DNA from: Candidatus Gottesmanbacteria bacterium RIFCSPLOWO2_01_FULL_43_11b
GTDB lineage: Bacteria > Patescibacteriota > Microgenomatia > UBA10105 > UBA927
Direction of reading: 5' to 3'
DNA: 64,000 nucleotides
NCBI GenBank assembly: GCA_001780985.1
Contig: MFJV01000001.1
Span: 694,579 to 758,578, forward strand
This document shows positions 19,605-29,637 of the stretch, one piece after another. Under the pieces are notes generated by a model that had not been told where the DNA came from, ran no database searches, and saw nothing but the letters and a program-made list of their open reading frames with translations. Numbering within the stretch: the stretch's first letter is position 1; every line of letters starts with the position of its first letter. The position numbers and the translations under genes are program-made.

Positions 19605-21194
19605 ATGAAGAAATGGCACGTACTTTCCCAAGGCACAGATATTATAAAACTTCTGCTACAAAGCAGGGGACTAACGACAAAAAAAGAAATTAAAGATTTT
19701 TTACATTCCCCTCATCCCCTTACGTTGATGCCAAAAGACGTAGGAATTGACAAAAATTTGTTACAAAAGGCAATTACCCGCATAAAAGGTGCAATCAAGA
19801 ACAAGGAATCCATTGTCGTCTACGCTGATTATGACGCAGACGGTATTACCGCAGGGGCAATTATGTGGGAGACATTATATGGACTCGGTGCTCGTGTCAT
19901 GCCGTATATCCCACATCGGGTCGAAGAAGGGTACGGGTTGTCAACAAAGGGAATAGAGAGCGTTCGGCAACAGTTTGATCCCTCACTTATTATCACCGTT
20001 GACCACGGAATAACAGCAAAAGAAAAGATTGCGTACGCGAAAAAATTGGGAATTGACGTTATTGTGACAGACCACCACGTCAAGCCCAAGAGTTTGCCGA
20101 ATTGTACTATCGTTCATACAACACAACTTTGCGGTGCAGGTGTTTCTTGGTTTTTAGCAAGTGAACTTGGTAAGCCTGATGTTTCATTAGCCGCAATTGG
20201 AACAATTGCAGACATGGTGCCCCTCGTTGGCCCCAATCGGTCGATTGTAAAATTCGGACTTGAAGCAATTAACACAACAAAGCGGGTAGGACTTGAAGCA
20301 CTTATTAATGATGCGGGACTGACGAAAGGATTGTTAAAAACATACGATGTTTCCCACGTGCTTGCCCCTCGGCTCAATGCTATGGGCAGAATTGAACATG
20401 CACTCGATGCTCTTCGATTGCTCTGTACAAAAAATACAGATAAAGCAAACCTTCTTGCACAAAAGTTGGGGCTAACTAATAAAGAACGCCAACAACTCAC
20501 CGAGGATACCGTGATACTTGCACGAGATTTACATAAGAGTCAGACAAAGAAAAAGCTCATTTTTATCGCTCACGAGTCTTTTAATCAAGGAGTTATCGGA
20601 CTTGTTGCAGGAAAACTTGTTGAAGAATTTTACCGACCGACCATTGTCGTAGCGATTGGAGATGGATATTCTAAAGCTTCAGCCCGGTCGGTTTCCGGAT
20701 TTAATATTGTTGAAACTATCCGGAAATGCAGCGACATTCTCGTTGACGTCGGGGGTCACCCTATGGCTGCCGGGTTTACCGTTGAAACAAAACATATTGA
20801 AGCATTAAAAAAACGTTTAGAAAAGATTGCGGAAAGTGAACTTGATGAGGAAAAATTAACGAAAATGCTTAAAATTGATGTTGAAATTCCACTTAGCACC
20901 GTTTCAATATATCTTTGGGAAAAGATTCAGGAGTTTGCACCTTTCGGTTTCGGCAACCCGGAACCTGTGTTTGCAACCAGAAATGTGCACATTGAGGATG
21001 CGCGGTTAGTTGGGAAAGACGGTAAGCACCTTAAGTTACGTATTGATTCGTTTCCTGCTATTGCATTTAACCTAGGGAGTTTTTATGGTCGATTAAAGCC
21101 TGATAAGGCAGTTGACATTGCGTATACCATCGACCTCGACACCTGGAACGGTAATAACCGCCTGCAACTTAAAATCAAAGATATCCACTATTAA
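19605..21194 (+). CDS. recJ: single-stranded DNA exonuclease RecJ
   Basis: DYDADG, ITVDHG, TDHH, GGHPMAAG. Confidence 0.95.
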   Translation: MKKWHVLSQGTDIIKLLLQSRGLTTKKEIKDFLHSPHPLTLMPKDVGIDKNLLQKAITRIKGAIKNKESIVVYADYDADGITAGAIMWETLYGLGARVMPYIPHRVEEGYGLSTKGIESVRQQFDPSLIITVDHGITAKEKIAYAKKLGIDVIVTDHHVKPKSLPNCTIVHTTQLCGAGVSWFLASELGKPDVSLAAIGTIADMVPLVGPNRSIVKFGLEAINTTKRVGLEALINDAGLTKGLLKTYDVSHVLAPRLNAMGRIEHALDALRLLCTKNTDKANLLAQKLGLTNKERQQLTEDTVILARDLHKSQTKKKLIFIAHESFNQGVIGLVAGKLVEEFYRPTIVVAIGDGYSKASARSVSGFNIVETIRKCSDILVDVGGHPMAAGFTVETKHIEALKKRLEKIAESELDEEKLTKMLKIDVEIPLSTVSIYLWEKIQEFAPFGFGNPEPVFATRNVHIEDARLVGKDGKHLKLRIDSFPAIAFNLGSFYGRLKPDKAVDIAYTIDLDTWNGNNRLQLKIKDIHY

Positions 21195-21232
21195 ATTAGA
21201 TTGATTTTAAGCCCCAAAAGTAGTATCCTATA

Positions 21233-23461
21233 GTGACAATTATGGTCACAAGACTTGAGCAGTCTACAGAATCCTTAGGTTCAACAGAGCGATATAAACA
21301 ATTTACCGCTGATTGCTATCTGAAAATAAGAGTAGATAAACAGAGACATCCGTTTCGTTGGGAACAAGTTGATGCAACAACGAACCTATTTCCCTGTGAA
21401 ATCAGGCTAAGAAATAAAGTCCTTGAGGAAAGTCGATACCTCTCGGAAGAGAAGCATGCTATGGTTGAGGCGGCAACTGCTCTCTCTTTGCTTGCGCATA
21501 GTTCACAATCCCGAGACACAGGAGCACCATATTCCGTGCACCCACTAAAAGTTACTCTCATGGGGATAAAGAAATATAAAATTGACGCAGTTTCAATTTC
21601 CGAGAGGCTTTTACACGATGTTCACGAGGATACAACCGTGACACTTAAAACGATCCAGGAAAACATTCATCCAGATGTTGCTGATAGGGTTAAGATTCTG
21701 AGTAAGCGGCGCGGAAGACATCAGCGAAAAACACTTAAAGAATTATTAGTAGAAGAAAATAGACAGCAACTTTTTAAATCGGCCGTTGACACTCCGGATG
21801 AAACTGAAGCAAAAATTGATGACAGACTTCAAAATATGCGAACAATTAAACTAAAAGGAGAGAAAAAGAGGCGAGAAATTATTTTTGAGACTGAGGAAAT
21901 ATATATTCCTCTCGCACGCAGAATGGGCCTTCATGATGAGGCAAATGAGCTCGAACATCTATGTCTCGTTAATAAAAGTGCTGAACATGAAAAGTGGGCA
22001 GGCCAGGCTAACCGATATATTAAAAAGTTTTTCCGTCAAAACCCACCCAAACAACTATTGAGTGAGGTGCATGATGTACTTAACAAAAGAGGATATCGTG
22101 TTGCACTGCATTACCGTACGCCATCTCCCGCTGATATTTATAGGCGCATCGGAGAACTGCGCCCGTTATCCCAAGAAGACATGTATCTCTATGTCGATGC
22201 AGCGCAGAAAGATTTTGGCAAAAACAAATATGACTTGTTTGACTGGGGAGCACAGGCAATTGATATTGCAAATATTTTTAACTTCAACAGCGAACGGCTC
22301 TTTGATAGAGAGACGATTATTAACGCATTACAGTTTAAGCGTGAAGTGGAAAATGGTCTCACGGATTCGTTATCAATAGACGTTCTCCGCCGTCGGGATA
22401 AACTTCGTATACGTCTCACGCTTTATCCACATGATGTTCATATACGTGAGCGACTTTCCTTAGCCCATCTCCTTTCGTCAACCATAGATTCGAAACCTAT
22501 GTTAAAAGCTCTCCTTGAACAAAAACAACGGTTTTTAGCAGATCGTTTGACGCAAATTTTACACGGGGAAGTAGAAAGTTCGCATCTCGTTCGTCAACTT
22601 GAACCTCGTTTAACAGAAGGATTTATACGTGTTATTGGTATTAACGACAAGAAAGAAGAAGAGCCATGGAGTTTAAAAAACGGGTCAACCGTAATGGACT
22701 ATGTTTCAAACATTACTCCATTAAGCTGGAACAAAGCAGTTCGGACATTTGTTAACGGAATTGAAATAGAGATACCTGATTATGTGTTGAAACCCGGAGA
22801 CAGAATTCATATTGATTTTAAAGGTCATGGCCAGTACGATCCCTTATGGATTCACTGTTTTCATACGGATAAAGAGGGACCACGTATTGTAAGAGAAAAG
22901 ATTTATGATCGAATAAAAAAATTACAAGCTCATAAAGACAGGAACGCACTTTACCTCCAAGAACAACGGATTAAGCAAGTTGGGAAATGGAGATTACGTA
23001 AATTGGCAGGGTTAAAAACATTAAAGGTCGGAGTTCATCAAGTTATGGATAGTGTTCAACGTATTGACCGCACGATTACTAAAGAAGATGAGTTTTTTAT
23101 CAAAGTAGGTTTAGGTGAACTAACAGATGATGTACTCCAACCAATCGTTCATAAACTATCGGAATTGAATCAAAACTTATTGGAAATAAGTATTGATTTT
23201 GAAACAAATGAGCCAGGACAATTAAAAGCGGTAGGTGCAATTACTGAGAGGCTCGGAATAAACGTTGTAGCAGGTACAACGGATGATTTAGGACAATCTT
23301 CTGTCATCATCCTGTTGGATCCGAAGGATGAAAGAGTAGTGAAAAGACTCGTACGAGGAATTCGCATCGATAAACACTGCATCTCTAAAGGATTGAAAGC
23401 GATACGTTTTTCAACAAATCACATCGGTGCACCTGAAAAATTGCTGTACTTGAAGAAATAA
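21233..23461 (+). CDS. divergent long RelA/SpoT homolog (HD hydrolase, degenerate synthetase, TGS, ACT-like)
   Basis: R.TGAPY..HP, LLHDVHEDT, KIDDRLQNMRT, IYIPLARRMG; TGS-like GSTVMDY..VNG..LKPGDRI; ACT-like PGQL....ERLGINV. Confidence 0.8.
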   Translation: MTIMVTRLEQSTESLGSTERYKQFTADCYLKIRVDKQRHPFRWEQVDATTNLFPCEIRLRNKVLEESRYLSEEKHAMVEAATALSLLAHSSQSRDTGAPYSVHPLKVTLMGIKKYKIDAVSISERLLHDVHEDTTVTLKTIQENIHPDVADRVKILSKRRGRHQRKTLKELLVEENRQQLFKSAVDTPDETEAKIDDRLQNMRTIKLKGEKKRREIIFETEEIYIPLARRMGLHDEANELEHLCLVNKSAEHEKWAGQANRYIKKFFRQNPPKQLLSEVHDVLNKRGYRVALHYRTPSPADIYRRIGELRPLSQEDMYLYVDAAQKDFGKNKYDLFDWGAQAIDIANIFNFNSERLFDRETIINALQFKREVENGLTDSLSIDVLRRRDKLRIRLTLYPHDVHIRERLSLAHLLSSTIDSKPMLKALLEQKQRFLADRLTQILHGEVESSHLVRQLEPRLTEGFIRVIGINDKKEEEPWSLKNGSTVMDYVSNITPLSWNKAVRTFVNGIEIEIPDYVLKPGDRIHIDFKGHGQYDPLWIHCFHTDKEGPRIVREKIYDRIKKLQAHKDRNALYLQEQRIKQVGKWRLRKLAGLKTLKVGVHQVMDSVQRIDRTITKEDEFFIKVGLGELTDDVLQPIVHKLSELNQNLLEISIDFETNEPGQLKAVGAITERLGINVVAGTTDDLGQSSVIILLDPKDERVVKRLVRGIRIDKHCISKGLKAIRFSTNHIGAPEKLLYLKK

Positions 23462-23465
23462 ATAT

Positions 23466-23738
23466 CTATTTCGGTAAATTTTGGCCAGCAAGATTTGCAA
23501 TGTTAATAATATGATTCCCAATTCTCGCCTGATCACTTGCTGCTGCTCCATGAAATTTATGAATTAAGTGAGCTGTTGCAATAGCAGCTTGATTGCATGG
23601 TAAACCGGCTACCTTATGATAGATTGTTTTCATGCGTTTTATAGCATTGTCAACATCAGCAGGGTCTGGAGGAGGGTCGATGCCGACCACTGCGTTAGCA
23701 AAGTTCTTTTTTAAGTCAACTTCTACTTTACGATTCAT
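23466..23738 (-). CDS. hypothetical protein, 90 aa
   Basis: ORF with SD-like AAGGGA just downstream of an attenuator-like leader. Confidence 0.6.
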   Translation of the reverse strand: MNRKVEVDLKKNFANAVVGIDPPPDPADVDNAIKRMKTIYHKVAGLPCNQAAIATAHLIHKFHGAAASDQARIGNHIINIANLAGQNLPK

Positions 23739-23750
23739 ATATTTCCCTTT

Positions 23751-23782
23751 AAAAAAACCTCCCGCTTCTATTTTGGGAGGTT
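23751..23782 (-). terminator. intrinsic terminator (3:4 hairpin of putative attenuator)
   Basis: minus strand AACCTCCC-loop-GGGAGG followed by T7. Confidence 0.8.
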
Positions 23783-23811
23783 CGTGTGATTTAATTCATT
23801 TTGGCTTTTTA

Positions 23812-23886
23812 TTAGCCACAACACGAACCCCCTTCTCGGAGGTTCTTAATGCAAATCCAATTACTTCGTTGTGCAGCGCTTTCCAT
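23812..23886 (-). CDS. putative leader peptide MESAAQRSNWICIKNLREGGSCCG
   Basis: 24 codons between a promoter and terminator; overlaps the 1:2 and 2:3 pairing segments. Confidence 0.55.
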   Translation of the reverse strand: MESAAQRSNWICIKNLREGGSCCG

Positions 23887-23898
23887 AGCCTTAAACCC

Positions 23899-23950
23899 TT
23901 TATAACATGAGGTTGTGCTTCTTGTCAACAATCTAAAATAGCCGTACAAT
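23899..23950. promoter_or_regulatory. back-to-back sigma70 promoters with overlapping -35 boxes
   Basis: minus: TTGACA-18-TATAAA; plus: TTGTCA-17-TACAAT, 7 nt before the aspS ATG. Confidence 0.65.
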
Positions 23951-23957
23951 TGGAGGC

Positions 23958-25349
23958 ATGCGAACACTCGCAGCCGAAACAGTAGACAAAATTGGTCAAG
24001 AAGTGACTCTTCAAGGCTGGGTGAATACGAGGAGAGATCATGGAAATATCGTCTTTTTGGATCTCCGCGACCGATCAGGGATAGTCCAGATGGTTTCAAC
24101 TAAAACCGCGGATGCGGGTTCGGAAGATGTCATTGAAGTGGTTGGTTTAGTCAAAAAACGACCGGAAAATATGACGAATCCCAAGATTCCAACCGGCACA
24201 GTCGAAGTTGAGATAACGTCGATAAAAATTATAAGTGAAGCAAAAGAACTCCCGTTTCCCATTGATACGGATGGGTATGATATCGAAGAGGAAATTCGAT
24301 CAAAGTACCGCTACCTCGACATCCGAAGATCGCGGATGAATAAAAATCTTCGACTTCGCTCTAAAGTTGTAGCATTTATCCGAAATTTCCTTCTTGAGAG
24401 AGAATTTGTTGAAGTTGAAACGCCAATTTTAACCAAAACCACCCCTGAGGGTGCACGGGATTTTATCGTTCCTTCGAGACTTCAAAAAGGAAAATTTTAT
24501 GCACTCCCGCAATCACCACAGCAGTATAAGCAGCTCCTCATGGTTGCTGGGCTCGAACGGTACTTTCAGATCGCGCGCTGTTTTCGGGATGAGGACCCCA
24601 GAAAAGATCGGGCATACGGAGAATTTACTCAGCTTGATCTTGAGATGTCGTTTATAACGCAAAATGACATTTTGGAATTAACGGAAAAACTTTTTTCGTC
24701 ATTGGTTGCCGAATTGATGCCGGAAAAACACATAACACAAACACCCTGGCCGAGACTTTCGCATAAAAAAGTCATGGAAAAGTATGGAACGGATAAACCG
24801 GATTTGCGTAAAGACAAAAACGACAAGAACGAGTTGGCATTTAGTTGGACAATTGATTTTCCATTGTTTAATAAGCAATCAAAAGAAGATTTTTATTATG
24901 GTTCAGGCGCTAAAGTTGCTCCGTCTCACCATATGTTCACCGCCCCGCATCCAGACGATATCTCTCTCCTTGATAAGAATCCGCTGAAGGTGCGAGGTCT
25001 GCAACACGATCTGGTCCTCAACGGTTTTGAAGTTGGGGGAGGGAGCATTCGTATTCATCAAAGAGAAGTTCAAGATAAAGTATTTGATCTTATTGGATTT
25101 ACCCCCATGCAAAAGAAACAATTTGAACATATGTTGACGGCATTTACCTACGGTGTTCCACCTCATGGAGGCATTGCCCCTGGTATCGACCGGTTCCTCA
25201 TGGCAGCATTGGGTGAGCCGAGCGTGCGGGAGGTTATGGCATTTCCCACTTCCTCCTCCGGTCAAACCTCTGTTATGGATGCGCCAAGTGAAGCAGGTAA
25301 AACGCAACTCGTCGAGTTAGGTATTACGGTAAAATCCCAAAAGAAATAA
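23958..25349 (+). CDS. aspS: aspartyl-tRNA synthetase, short form, probably non-discriminating
   Basis: RRDHG, ALPQSPQ, FRDED, GGGSIR, PPHGG; 463 aa, so the insertion domain appears absent. Confidence 0.95.
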   Translation: MRTLAAETVDKIGQEVTLQGWVNTRRDHGNIVFLDLRDRSGIVQMVSTKTADAGSEDVIEVVGLVKKRPENMTNPKIPTGTVEVEITSIKIISEAKELPFPIDTDGYDIEEEIRSKYRYLDIRRSRMNKNLRLRSKVVAFIRNFLLEREFVEVETPILTKTTPEGARDFIVPSRLQKGKFYALPQSPQQYKQLLMVAGLERYFQIARCFRDEDPRKDRAYGEFTQLDLEMSFITQNDILELTEKLFSSLVAELMPEKHITQTPWPRLSHKKVMEKYGTDKPDLRKDKNDKNELAFSWTIDFPLFNKQSKEDFYYGSGAKVAPSHHMFTAPHPDDISLLDKNPLKVRGLQHDLVLNGFEVGGGSIRIHQREVQDKVFDLIGFTPMQKKQFEHMLTAFTYGVPPHGGIAPGIDRFLMAALGEPSVREVMAFPTSSSGQTSVMDAPSEAGKTQLVELGITVKSQKK

Positions 25350-25354
25350 TCAGA

Positions 25355-26296
25355 ATGGCAAAAGGAAAAATTACCTATCAGTGGGACAAAATTTTATTTC
25401 TTATTCTGCTTGCAGTTTTTTTTCTCTTATCACCAGGGCAGGGCGGGATAAAAACGAAAAATGCCGTGCCGATATTTCGTCGCTTTCCCTATGTCATTCC
25501 CACCCCCGCGCCGTACCCAACTAATTCAACTGGATACTATCCGGGATTAGAAGTTTCTGCGGTAGGAATAGTGGTATACGATATTGATTCAGGGGTATAC
25601 CTCTACAAACGCAATCCCGAGTTGTCTCTGGCTCCTGCGTCAACGACAAAAATTCTCACTGCACTTGTTGCAATCGATGCATATGATCTCGATGATGTTC
25701 TTACGGTTAAGTCACTCGTCAATGACGGGCAAGATATGGGCCTAGTTTCGGGTGAGAGAATCACTGTTGAGAACCTTCTTTACGGAACGCTGGTTCAGTC
25801 AGCTAATGATGCAGCATACGCACTTTCTGAAAACTACCCCGGAGGAGTTGTTAAATTTGTTGAAGCGATGAATGCCAAGGCAAAAGCATTGCATTTAGAA
25901 AAAAGTTCATTTACCAATCCCGTTGGTTTTGATGACCCGCTTCACATTATGACACCCACTGACCTTACGCGTCTTGCTGCTTTTGCATTATCGAATAAAA
26001 CCATTGCAAAGATGGTCGCTATACCGCAAATAACGGTTTCTGACGTGACGCACACGTATTTTCATGCACTTGCCAATGTAAATCAACTTCTTGGGAAAAT
26101 TCCCGGAGTCGGAGGAATTAAAACAGGATGGACGGAGGAAGCCGGAGAAAATTTAGTGACCTTGGTTGAACGAAATGGTCACAGGGTAATTCTTGTCGTT
26201 CTCCATAGTCTCGACCGCTTCGCAGACACATCCTACCTCATTGACTGGGTCTTTACACAGTTTACGTGGACGCCTATTCAATCCAATCCGAGTTAA
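25355..26296 (+). CDS. D-alanyl-D-alanine carboxypeptidase (peptidase S11)
   Basis: PASTTK, SAN, KTG motifs. Confidence 0.92.
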   Translation: MAKGKITYQWDKILFLILLAVFFLLSPGQGGIKTKNAVPIFRRFPYVIPTPAPYPTNSTGYYPGLEVSAVGIVVYDIDSGVYLYKRNPELSLAPASTTKILTALVAIDAYDLDDVLTVKSLVNDGQDMGLVSGERITVENLLYGTLVQSANDAAYALSENYPGGVVKFVEAMNAKAKALHLEKSSFTNPVGFDDPLHIMTPTDLTRLAAFALSNKTIAKMVAIPQITVSDVTHTYFHALANVNQLLGKIPGVGGIKTGWTEEAGENLVTLVERNGHRVILVVLHSLDRFADTSYLIDWVFTQFTWTPIQSNPS

Positions 26297-27326
26297 CTGC
26301 GGGGACGTAACCAAGGAATCCTCCATCTCCTTCAAACACAAAGATTGGCTGAAGATACGTCTGTGCCTCGAGTGAGTCGTAGTACGCAAGGTAAATATTT
26401 CGGACGACTACGGTTGTTCCCGTGGGGTAGCGTGCTATATAACCATTCCCACTCTGGAGGTCCTGCCAAGCAGCAAGACTTGTGCGAAGAGAATATGTGG
26501 CAAACGTTTTATAATCTACCGGCCAGTAGGTGTAGGCAAGTTGGAGAATTCTCTTTTTATTGTCCCGAGATCCTGAAAGGATAAATGAAATGGGTGCTTG
26601 ATCAGGAGTAGGTGAGAGCACACGCATCTGACCAATAAGTTTACGGAAAAAATCAACCCGGATTGCATCAGCACCGGATGCGGCTGAAGTTGTAACAAGT
26701 TGATTGCCGATAAGTTTTAAGAAAGCAGTATTTACCTCTCCTCCTACATAATCTTCCTGATAGAGGTCGTGAGTTTGTAGCATGCTTCGCGCTTCAGCAA
26801 TCGCAGCATCAGGCAATGGGAGATTTTGAGACGGAAAGAGTTCCGTATCCAGTCCGAACTCGTAGCGGAGGATAAAGTTATTAGAAACAATGTCATAACG
26901 AAGCCGTCGGAGTGGGGTATCAGGATCCTGAAAACGGTAGATGTTTTTTGATTCAGCAATGGGAGTAGGATCTAACCCCAAACGTTTGGCAAACTCTTGC
27001 GTTTTCGGGATCCCCAAAAAGTTTGGTGGACTTTTCGGCATGAAGTACACAGCGGCAGACTCAGATGCTCTTGGTACTGACCCCTCGATGGTTTCTAAAC
27101 GGAAAACAAGTTGCCCTGACGGACTTGCGGAGGGGGTTGGAAACGCCAGTGTCGGTAGTTTTCCGAACGCATGATTAGGGGGCGGTGGTTTTGGTGGGAA
27201 AACAGTGAGCCATAAACTGAGGAATATACCCCAAAGGAAGCGTAAAATGACATACGCAATGACTGTTAGTATAGCCCAATTAATTGCCCGGCGAGTCAAA
27301 TATGCAGTTTCTGTCAAAGATGCCAT
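26274..27326 (-). CDS. hypothetical membrane-anchored protein
   Basis: N-terminal TM helix, Pro-rich linker, YLAYYD...YLQPIFVFEG. Confidence 0.8.
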   Translation of the reverse strand: MASLTETAYLTRRAINWAILTVIAYVILRFLWGIFLSLWLTVFPPKPPPPNHAFGKLPTLAFPTPSASPSGQLVFRLETIEGSVPRASESAAVYFMPKSPPNFLGIPKTQEFAKRLGLDPTPIAESKNIYRFQDPDTPLRRLRYDIVSNNFILRYEFGLDTELFPSQNLPLPDAAIAEARSMLQTHDLYQEDYVGGEVNTAFLKLIGNQLVTTSAASGADAIRVDFFRKLIGQMRVLSPTPDQAPISFILSGSRDNKKRILQLAYTYWPVDYKTFATYSLRTSLAAWQDLQSGNGYIARYPTGTTVVVRNIYLAYYDSLEAQTYLQPIFVFEGDGGFLGYVPAVNSDWIE

Positions 27327-27367
27327 GGTATTTTGAGTATACGGTTGTGGGATGATAGAATCAACGC

Positions 27368-28648
27368 ATGAAGGTGAGAACCCGCATCGCACCGTCACCA
27401 ACAGGTGAAGATCTCCATATTGGTAACGCCTACACAGCGCTTATAAATTACGTATTTGCAAAAAAAAATAAGGGCTCGTTTATTATTCGGATTGAAGATA
27501 CGGATCGATCCCGTCTAGTTGAAGGATCAGAAAATCGCATACTAAGTTCATTAAAGTGGTTGGGGATACATCATGACGAAGGGCCATTTCGTCAATCAGA
27601 ACGACTCAACTTGTACAAAAGACATGCGGAAGAGCTCGTTGCAAAGGGTCATGCCTACTACTGCGTTTGTACCCCGGATCGTCTGAATGAGATGCGGAAA
27701 AAACAAGAAGTGAATCATCAACCACCCATGTATGATGGGCGCTGTAGGGAGCTTAAGCTTACCAACGGCTCTACCATCCGACTAAAAGTTCCTAAAAGCG
27801 GCACGACAACATTTCATGACGTTATACGGGGAGACATTCAATTCGAAAATAAACTCATCGATGATCAGGTAATCATCAAGTCTGACGGATACCCTACATA
27901 TCACCTTGGTGTTGTTGTCGATGACCATCTTATGGAAATCTCTCATATTATACGCGGGGAAGAGTGGATTTCTTCAACACCAAAGCATATATTGCTCTAT
28001 CAATTCTTCGGATGGACGCTGCCAGTGTATGCACACATGCCACTCCTTCGTAATCCGGATAAAAGTAAATTAAGTAAAAGAAAAAATCCCGTATGGGTGT
28101 CATGGTTTCGTGAACAAGGATTTTTACCGGAAGCAATAAGAAATTATCTTGCCACTCTCGCTTGGGCACATCCTGACGGAAAAGAAATATTTTCAACAGA
28201 AGAAATGATACGGGTATTTAATCTCGAATCCATTCAGACAACTGCACCAGTTTTTGACACAGAAAAACTAAAATGGATGAATGGCAAATATCTAAAAGAA
28301 GAGTATGTAGTTGAATATTACAAAGATAAATACTCTAAAGAAAAAATTAAACTTATTTGGCCATTGGTTAAAGAAAGAATGAAGTTGTTATCCGAATTTG
28401 AATCGCTTGCCGGATTTTTCTTTATACGGCCTCCGAAAAAAGAAATTCGAAAAGAAGTACGAGATGCATTAGGTTCGTGTGAATGGAACCATGATGTTAT
28501 GGAAAAAGCTATTCGATCGGTTACCGGTAAAGAGGCAAAAGATGCGTTTATGGAACTTCGGGTTGCAGTAACCGGTAAAACCGTCGGCCCGCCACTTTTG
28601 GAATCACTTGAGATTTTGGGGAGAGAGGAAACCCTTGCAAGATTATAA
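27368..28648 (+). CDS. gltX: glutamyl-tRNA synthetase
   Basis: RIAPSPTG..LHIGN, IEDTD, RGEEW, KLSKR. Confidence 0.96.
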   Translation: MKVRTRIAPSPTGEDLHIGNAYTALINYVFAKKNKGSFIIRIEDTDRSRLVEGSENRILSSLKWLGIHHDEGPFRQSERLNLYKRHAEELVAKGHAYYCVCTPDRLNEMRKKQEVNHQPPMYDGRCRELKLTNGSTIRLKVPKSGTTTFHDVIRGDIQFENKLIDDQVIIKSDGYPTYHLGVVVDDHLMEISHIIRGEEWISSTPKHILLYQFFGWTLPVYAHMPLLRNPDKSKLSKRKNPVWVSWFREQGFLPEAIRNYLATLAWAHPDGKEIFSTEEMIRVFNLESIQTTAPVFDTEKLKWMNGKYLKEEYVVEYYKDKYSKEKIKLIWPLVKERMKLLSEFESLAGFFFIRPPKKEIRKEVRDALGSCEWNHDVMEKAIRSVTGKEAKDAFMELRVAVTGKTVGPPLLESLEILGREETLARL

Positions 28649-28693
28649 CATCTCCGAAAGGATGATATATCAGCATTCAATTCTTGAATGCTG

Positions 28694-29566
28694 TTATAAA
28701 TATTCCATCCAATGGGGATCAGTCTCCACAGTAAGGTCGAGGAAAACTTTTTTGTTTGCTGCTGTTTCAAGCTCTTTTCTTGCAGCCATACTTATTTCCT
28801 TTATCATCGCACCTCCCTTACCTATAATCATGGCTTTATAGCGATCGGCAGAAGTAAGAATTCTCGCTTTCATATAAACTGCCCCTTTTTTCCGTTCAAT
28901 GACGTCATCAACGACAACAGTAAGCGTATATGGGAGTTCTCTTCGCAAGAATAAAAACGCTTTCTCCCTAATAATTTCAGCAATAAACAATTTACTGTCG
29001 ATATTGAGTGCGGGTTGAGCTAATTCTTGTGCGTTCACCTGCGGTTTGCCGTGAGGCAGATAGGAAAAAATTGTGTCGAGGAGTATATTGAGATTCTTAC
29101 GGGCGAGAGCGGAAATTTCAACCGTCGCATTAAATTCTTCTTCCATGAATTTATATTGGACGATATGAGTCGGCGTTCTCACGTCAATTTTATTGATAAC
29201 GAGAATTTTAGGAACGGTAACTTTACGTACGATACCAAGCGCTTTATTTTCTTCAAAATCGCGTTCTCGTGTATGATCAATCATGTAGAGAACGATATTA
29301 ATATTTCCCTCCAAAGATTCCTCTGTCCGAATATTTATGCGTTTAGCCATCGTATCACTCACTTTTCCAAAAATACCGGGAGTATCGACAAAAATAATTT
29401 GACCGCGCTTGTCTTCATACACTGCCTGAATGGGGAAGCGGGTGGTTTGAGGTTTTGGAGACGTAATTGACACTTTTTGACCTAAAATATTATTAAGAAG
29501 CGTTGATTTTCCCACGTTAGGTCTGCCAATAAGCGCAACAATACCTGCTTTTTTTTCATTTACCAT
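28694..29566 (-). CDS. era: GTPase Era
   Basis: GRPNVGKST, PQTTR, DTPG, NKID, KH domain IIGKGG. Confidence 0.96.
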   Translation of the reverse strand: MVNEKKAGIVALIGRPNVGKSTLLNNILGQKVSITSPKPQTTRFPIQAVYEDKRGQIIFVDTPGIFGKVSDTMAKRINIRTEESLEGNINIVLYMIDHTRERDFEENKALGIVRKVTVPKILVINKIDVRTPTHIVQYKFMEEEFNATVEISALARKNLNILLDTIFSYLPHGKPQVNAQELAQPALNIDSKLFIAEIIREKAFLFLRRELPYTLTVVVDDVIERKKGAVYMKARILTSADRYKAMIIGKGGAMIKEISMAARKELETAANKKVFLDLTVETDPHWMEYL

Positions 29567-29637
29567 AGTTTTGATTGTACCATAGAATGGAGATAAAACT
29601 TGACACACTATTGTCATCTATGTAACGATAGTTACGC

